Notes under the pieces: model-generated | Database searches by the model: none | Seen by the model: only the letters and a program-made list of their open reading frames with translations | What the model was told of the DNA's origin: nothing | Translations under genes and position numbers: made by a program | In this document: positions 26,978-32,000 of the stretch, piece after piece | Position numbering within the stretch: the first letter of the stretch is position 1 | Layout: every line of letters starts with the position of its first letter | From: Candidatus Blochmanniella floridana | GTDB taxonomy: Bacteria; Pseudomonadota; Gammaproteobacteria; Enterobacterales; Enterobacteriaceae | Assembly: GCA_000043285.1 (NCBI GenBank) | Contig: BX248583.1 | Span: 390,001-422,000 of the forward strand | Reading direction: 5' to 3' | DNA length: 32,000 bases

Positions 26978-28705
26978 TTATTCATGTTTAGTAGCCGCCT
27001 TAAATGCTTCAATCATAACACTAGAAAAATCATTTTTATCTTTTCCTTTTTTTTCATTATTGCTAATACCAATAATAGATTTCTTATTTAATTCATCATC
27101 ATTATATACAGATAAATTAATAACCCGATTTTTTCTATCTATTCCTTCTATTTTTGATTGTATAATATCACCTATCTGAAATGATTTAAATTTTCTCAAA
27201 AGCATATTCTTAGTCTGATTATCAATACCAGAAGCATTATGCAATACATCTAAGTAACATACACAACCAATTACAAACTCATTATCTAATGATAATGTAA
27301 TTTTTTTTGTATCATGATCTATAAAAGTAATCTTACCTGAAACAATACTGCCTTTTTTATGAATAGATAAAAAAATATTTAAAGGATCTTCTGTTAACTG
27401 TTTTATACTTAATGAAATCCGTTCACGTTCTGAATCTACTTGCAAAACTACAGCCGTAACTTCGTCTCCTTTTTTATATTGACTGATTAACTCATTATTA
27501 TTAGACACACTCCAAGCGATATCCGAAAGATGAACTAAGCCATCAATACCATCCTCTAACCCAATAAAAATCCCAAAATCAGTAATAGATTTAATTCTTC
27601 CTGTTACCCGATCACCTCGAGCATATATTTGAGAAAATCTCTGCCATGGATTAACTTTACACTGCTTTAATCCTAACGAAATTCTCCTCCTATCTTCATC
27701 TATATCCAATACCATCACTTCAATACATTCTCCTACCTCTACCACTTTAGAAGGATGAATATTTTTATTAGTCCAATCCATTTCAGAAATATGCACTAAT
27801 CCCTCCACTCCTCCTGCAATTTCAATAAAACAACCATAATCCGTTAAATTTGTAACCTTACCTGTTATCTTGTCTCCCTCTTTATAATTACGAACAATAG
27901 AAATCCATGGATCATCTTCTAATTGTTTTAACCCTAATGATACTCGAGTTCTTTCTCTATCAAATTTCAATACTTTTACAGAAATTTCATCTCCTATACT
28001 TATTATATCACTGGGATGCTTAACTCGTTTCCAAGCAATATCAGTGATATGTAATAATCCATCTATTCCTCCTAAATCGATAAAAGCACCATAATCTGTT
28101 AAATTTTTTACTACTCCTTTAATTATTATTCCTTCGTGTAACTTATGTAATAATTGATCACGTTCAGCACTATGTTCAAATTCAATTGCAGCACGTCTTG
28201 AAACAACAACATTATTACGTTTATGATCTAACTTAATAACCTTAAAATCACATGTTTGGCCTTCTAAATCTATAGAATCTTTTATTGGACGTATATCTAC
28301 CAATGAGCCTGGCAAAAATGCACGTATTCCATTTAGTTCTACTGTAAATCCACCTTTCACTTTTCCATGAATAACTCCCGTAACAGTAGTAACTTCTTGA
28401 TACGCTTTTTCAAGATATAACCAAGATTCATGTCGTTTTGCTTTTTCTCTAGATAATATAGTTTCTCCAAACCCATCTTCCACTGCATCCAGTATTACAT
28501 CAATATAATCACCTACTGTAACTTCTAATTCTCCATGAGAATTATAAAATTGATTAATAGGAATAGCAGATTCAGATTTTAGACCTGCATCAACTAAAAC
28601 TATTTCTTTAGAAATAGCTATCACCACTCCTTGAACAATAGATCCAGATTTAGTTTGAGTTTTTTTTATAGATTCTTCAAATAACTGAGCAAATGATTCT
28701 ATCAT
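26978..28705 (-). CDS. rpsA: 30S ribosomal protein S1
   Basis: Starts [11 protein letters not shown] exactly as E. coli S1 ([12 protein letters not shown]). Six S1 repeats are collinear ([101 protein letters not shown]). The GTG at 28732 in the ORF track adds 9 non-homologous residues and is rejected. Confidence 0.95.
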   Translation of the reverse strand: MIESFAQLFEESIKKTQTKSGSIVQGVVIAISKEIVLVDAGLKSESAIPINQFYNSHGELEVTVGDYIDVILDAVEDGFGETILSREKAKRHESWLYLEKAYQEVTTVTGVIHGKVKGGFTVELNGIRAFLPGSLVDIRPIKDSIDLEGQTCDFKVIKLDHKRNNVVVSRRAAIEFEHSAERDQLLHKLHEGIIIKGVVKNLTDYGAFIDLGGIDGLLHITDIAWKRVKHPSDIISIGDEISVKVLKFDRERTRVSLGLKQLEDDPWISIVRNYKEGDKITGKVTNLTDYGCFIEIAGGVEGLVHISEMDWTNKNIHPSKVVEVGECIEVMVLDIDEDRRRISLGLKQCKVNPWQRFSQIYARGDRVTGRIKSITDFGIFIGLEDGIDGLVHLSDIAWSVSNNNELISQYKKGDEVTAVVLQVDSERERISLSIKQLTEDPLNIFLSIHKKGSIVSGKITFIDHDTKKITLSLDNEFVIGCVCYLDVLHNASGIDNQTKNMLLRKFKSFQIGDIIQSKIEGIDRKNRVINLSVYNDDELNKKSIIGISNNEKKGKDKNDFSSVMIEAFKAATKHE

Positions 28706-28772
28706 TTTAATTTTAAATTTTTCAAATAACACTCATCAAGAATCCATACTTGATAGTGATAGAGTTTATATT

Positions 28773-28802
28773 TTTTTCATCATCATCCATGATGATGAAA
28801 AA
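28773..28802. other. Hairpin-forming inverted repeat (TTTTTCATCATCAT-CC-ATGATGATGAAAAA) in the cmk-rpsA spacer
   Basis: 28773-28786 is the reverse complement of 28789-28802 (14 bp, 2-nt centre). It lies 14 nt downstream of the cmk stop and about 68 nt upstream of the rpsA start, on the transcribed (minus) strand of both. Confidence 0.35.
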
Positions 28803-28815
28803 TCTTATATAATAC

Positions 28816-29514
28816 TTAATAATTAATTATACCAATTTTTTTCTGAATAAATAATAACGCTTTATTTTCAACTTCATTTTTAGACAAATGAGTCGAATCT
28901 AAAACAAATGCATCAACTGCAGGAACTAACGGTGCTAATTGTCTATTACAATCTCGATCATCACGTTCTTTTATTTGTGATGATAAACACTTAAAATTAA
29001 CAGAAAAATTTACTTTCTGCAACTGATCTAATCGTCTTTGTGCTCTTACTTTTACAGCAGCATTTAGAAAAATTTTTACTATTGCATTAGGAAAAACTAT
29101 CGTTCCCATATCTCTTCCATCAGCAACAAGACCAGGAAATACACAAAATGTGCGTTGATATTTTAATAAAACATCACGTACTTTCGGAAAAAGTGCAATT
29201 TTAGAAGCTAAATTTCCAACAAATTCCGTATGAATATTCTTTTTGATTTCTTTATCATTACAATACACAACGAAACTATTTTTTATATTTATAAAACTAA
29301 CTTTTATCTTTGACATCAGCACCTGTAAACTATCCTCATTACACATATCTATATTATTATCCAAAGCCTCACATGCTAAAATTCGATAAATTATTCCTGA
29401 ATCTAATAAATTCCATCCAAGAATATATGCTAACTGTTTAGATAATACTCCCTTTCCTGACCCACTAGGACCATCAACGGTCACAATAGGAACAATATTA
29501 TTTATAAATTTCAT
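28816..29514 (-). CDS. cmk: Cytidylate kinase
   Basis: 232 aa. P-loop [65 protein letters not shown] match E. coli Cmk. Upstream of rpsA as in E. coli. Confidence 0.94.
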
Positions 29515-29634
29515 TCTATATATCTTTTAATATAATTATAATATCAAATTAACAAATTAAACAATAACAATAACATAATTAGATAATCTTTAAAGTTTAA
29601 ATACAACACACATCATTATATTTATCATACCCTT

Positions 29635-30936
29635 TTATAAATTATTACCAACACTCAAAAATCGATCAAAAAAATCTGGAAACGTCTTACAAACACACTT
29701 AGGATTATTTATGGTAACTGATACATTTGATAATGCTACTAAAGCAAAACACATTGCTATACGATGATCATTATAAGTATTTATAAAAGCTGATTGTATT
29801 TGAACAGGGGGAACTATATGTAAATAATCATATCCCTCTGATACTATAGCCCCTACTTTCCTTAATTCAGTAGCCATAGCATGCAAGCGATCACTTTCTT
29901 TAACACGCCAGTTATAAATATTACGTAATATCATAGGAAGATTGTTAGTAGTAAACAACGCAATCACCGCTAAAGTCATTGCTGCATCTGGAATATCATT
30001 TACATCTATATCAATGGATTTTAACATAATTCCTTTAGAACATTCTATATAATTATCACCCCAAGTAATTATTGAACCCATACGTTCTAATATATTAGCA
30101 AATTTAATATCCCCTTGTTTACTGTTTTTACCTACTCCTAATACTCGTATAGTTCCACCCTTGATTGCTGCTGCTGCCAAAAAATAAGAAGCACTCGAAG
30201 CATCTCCTTCTATTACATATTCTTGAGGAGCTTTATATATTCTATTACCTTCACAATAAAAAAATTTATAATCCTTATCATGTTGTACACAAATTCCAAA
30301 AGCTCGCATAACCGATAGAGTTATATCAATATACGGCTTAGATACCAAAGATCCTATAACTTCAATATATGTATTTTTCGATGCTAATGGAGTCATCATT
30401 AATACAGCAGATAAAAATTGACTAGAAATATCACCCTTAATAACAATATTTCCTCCACAATATCCTCCATATAATTTTACTGGTAAATGATGATCCCGTT
30501 CTATATATTCGATACGACCACCTCCTTGTCGTAAAGTATCAACTAAATGAAATATAGGCCTTTCTTTCATGCGCATATCCCCAGTTAATACAATATTATG
30601 AGATTTTATAGATAAAGCAGCAATCAGAGGCCTAATGGCAGTACCAGCATTTCCCAAAAATAAAGTAGTTTGAGTATTTTTCGATTGCAAAGAACCTCCT
30701 ACCCCTTTAATTTCACAAATTTTATGATCAGTAGATAATTTATATTTTACCCCAAGCTGTAACAAAGCAGCTAACATGTATCGTGTATCATCGCTATCAA
30801 GTAAATTGATTAAACGAGTAGCGCCAACAGATTGAGCTGCTAATAATAATGCACGATTTGATATACTTTTTGATCCAGGAAGATATATAGTACCATTTAT
30901 TTTTTTTATAGGATTTAACGTAATAAAATTTTCCAT
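29635..30936 (-). CDS. aroA: 3-phosphoshikimate 1-carboxyvinyltransferase (EPSP synthase)
   Basis: 433 aa. [20 protein letters not shown]...[69 protein letters not shown] and DHR.AMCF.L.AL match class I EPSPS. Confidence 0.95.
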
Positions 30937-31057
30937 TCTTATTCTAACTCTATTAAAAATAAAAGATTAAACTTATCTACAACTAACTATACGATAAATT
31001 TTTTCAAAAATTCTATATAACCTTATATTAAATTTTAATTAAAAATCATCTTAAAAA

Positions 31058-32000
31058 TTAACCATATTTTTTAGAAAAAAAATTCATAAAATTAACTAAT
31101 TTTTGCACTCCTTCTAAAGTCATAGCATTATATAAAGATGCTCGCATTCCTCCAATAACTTTATGACCTTTTAGTCCATGTAACCCAAATGATGTGGATT
31201 CTGATAAGAATAAAGAATTTAATTTTTCTTTTTTTAGAAAAAAAGGAATATTCATACGCGACCTATTTAATGAATGAATATTATTATAATAAAAATCATT
31301 ACTATCAATAGCATGATATAATAGATTCGACTTTTTTTTATTATACTCAGCAATTTTATCTAATCCTCCTTGATCTTGTAACCACTTAAAAACTAAATTA
31401 GCAATATACCAAGATACAGTTACTGGAGTATTAAACATGGAATTACTATCAGCTAAAATTCGATAATTTAAAATTGCTGGTATCTTTTGAACAGTTGAAA
31501 TATTATTAATTAAACTCCGACGAATAATCAGTACCGTTAAACCTGATATACCCATATTTTTTTGTGCAGCAGCATAAATCATACCAAAATTATTAACATT
31601 TACTGGACGAGATAATAAAGTTGAAGAAAAATCAGCAATAACTATTTTTTTTTCAAAACAATCTGGTATATCATCTATAGATATACCTTCAACAGTTTCA
31701 TTTGGGCAATAATGTATATAAGTACTATTTTTAGATATATTCCATTCACTCATGGGTTTGATATAACGCAATTCATTTTTACTACTACTAATGTTAATTA
31801 TATTTGGATGACAATACTTTTTGGATTCTATTGCAGCAAGATAACCCCAATACCCTGTATTTATATAATCAATATTATCTGCACTGCCTCTTAAAAAATT
31901 CATAGGGATGGCCGAAAATTGTGCTCGAGCTCCTCCATGACAAAATAATATTTCATAACTATTTGGTATATTAAGTAGATTTCTTAAATTACGTTTTGTA
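31058..32000 (-). CDS. serC: Phosphoserine aminotransferase. The 5' end lies beyond the window; the ATG at 31903 in the ORF track is internal.
   Basis: The frame stays open from 31999 downward ([36 protein letters not shown]...). This matches E. coli SerC (...[32 protein letters not shown]...). Downstream [32 protein letters not shown] and KGHR/K..GGMRAS.YNAM also match. serC-aroA order as in E. coli. Confidence 0.94.
   Translation of the reverse strand, partial: TKRNLRNLLNIPNSYEILFCHGGARAQFSAIPMNFLRGSADNIDYINTGYWGYLAAIESKKYCHPNIINISSSKNELRYIKPMSEWNISKNSTYIHYCPNETVEGISIDDIPDCFEKKIVIADFSSTLLSRPVNVNNFGMIYAAAQKNMGISGLTVLIIRRSLINNISTVQKIPAILNYRILADSNSMFNTPVTVSWYIANLVFKWLQDQGGLDKIAEYNKKKSNLLYHAIDSNDFYYNNIHSLNRSRMNIPFFLKKEKLNSLFLSESTSFGLHGLKGHKVIGGMRASLYNAMTLEGVQKLVNFMNFFSKKYG

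Noticed and set aside
31901-31903. ATG at 31903 as the serC start (281-aa product), and TTG at 35 as the infC start
   Set aside because: Both frames remain open to the window edge, and the upstream translation continues to match SerC and IF3. These are internal codons of genes truncated by the window.
1-32000. Mobile elements, prophage remnants, CRISPR arrays, toxin-antitoxin or other defence cassettes, rRNA genes
   Set aside because: I saw no transposase- or integrase-like ORF, no regularly spaced direct repeats and no terminal inverted repeats flanking a cargo. All ORFs but one are conserved housekeeping genes in enterobacterial synteny. The three long palindromes share no sequence with each other, so they are not copies of a repeat family.

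Overview
The window is an extremely AT-rich, gene-dense piece of a reduced gammaproteobacterial (Enterobacterales-derived) endosymbiont chromosome. Gene order follows E. coli blocks: infC-rpmI-rplT-pheST; sufABCDSE-lpp-tRNA-Val-ribC-grxD-rnt-slyA-pdxH-tyrS-nth-fumC; kdsB-ycaR-lpxK-msbA-rpsA-cmk-aroA-serC. Many intervening genes are deleted. Retention of lipid A/Kdo genes (lpxK, kdsB, msbA), Braun lipoprotein and cofactor genes (lplA, ribC, pdxH, ubiX, suf) at this AT content fits a Wigglesworthia-like insect symbiont better than Buchnera; this assignment is from memory, not a search. I support 33 CDSs (infC and serC cut by the window edges) and one tRNA. I saw no rRNA, IS element, phage, CRISPR array or recognisable defence cassette. 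Almost everything is housekeeping. Three things stand out. (1) A 680-aa ORF at a double synteny break carries the motif series of an intimin/invasin-type inverse-autotransporter beta-barrel, followed by an unrecognisable low-complexity passenger. (2) All four convergent gene junctions carry a hairpin: three long perfect palindromes (68, 72 and 100 nt) and one shorter 11-bp-stem hairpin. Three of these hairpins (the 72- and 100-nt palindromes and the short one) run into coding 3' ends; at one junction tyrS and nth are both forced to end in the same residues, W-N-I. (3) A 26-nt palindrome just upstream of sufA resembles IscR-type half-sites. All calls come from reading the sequence and comparing translations with remembered E. 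coli/Yersinia proteins. No alignments or database searches were run.
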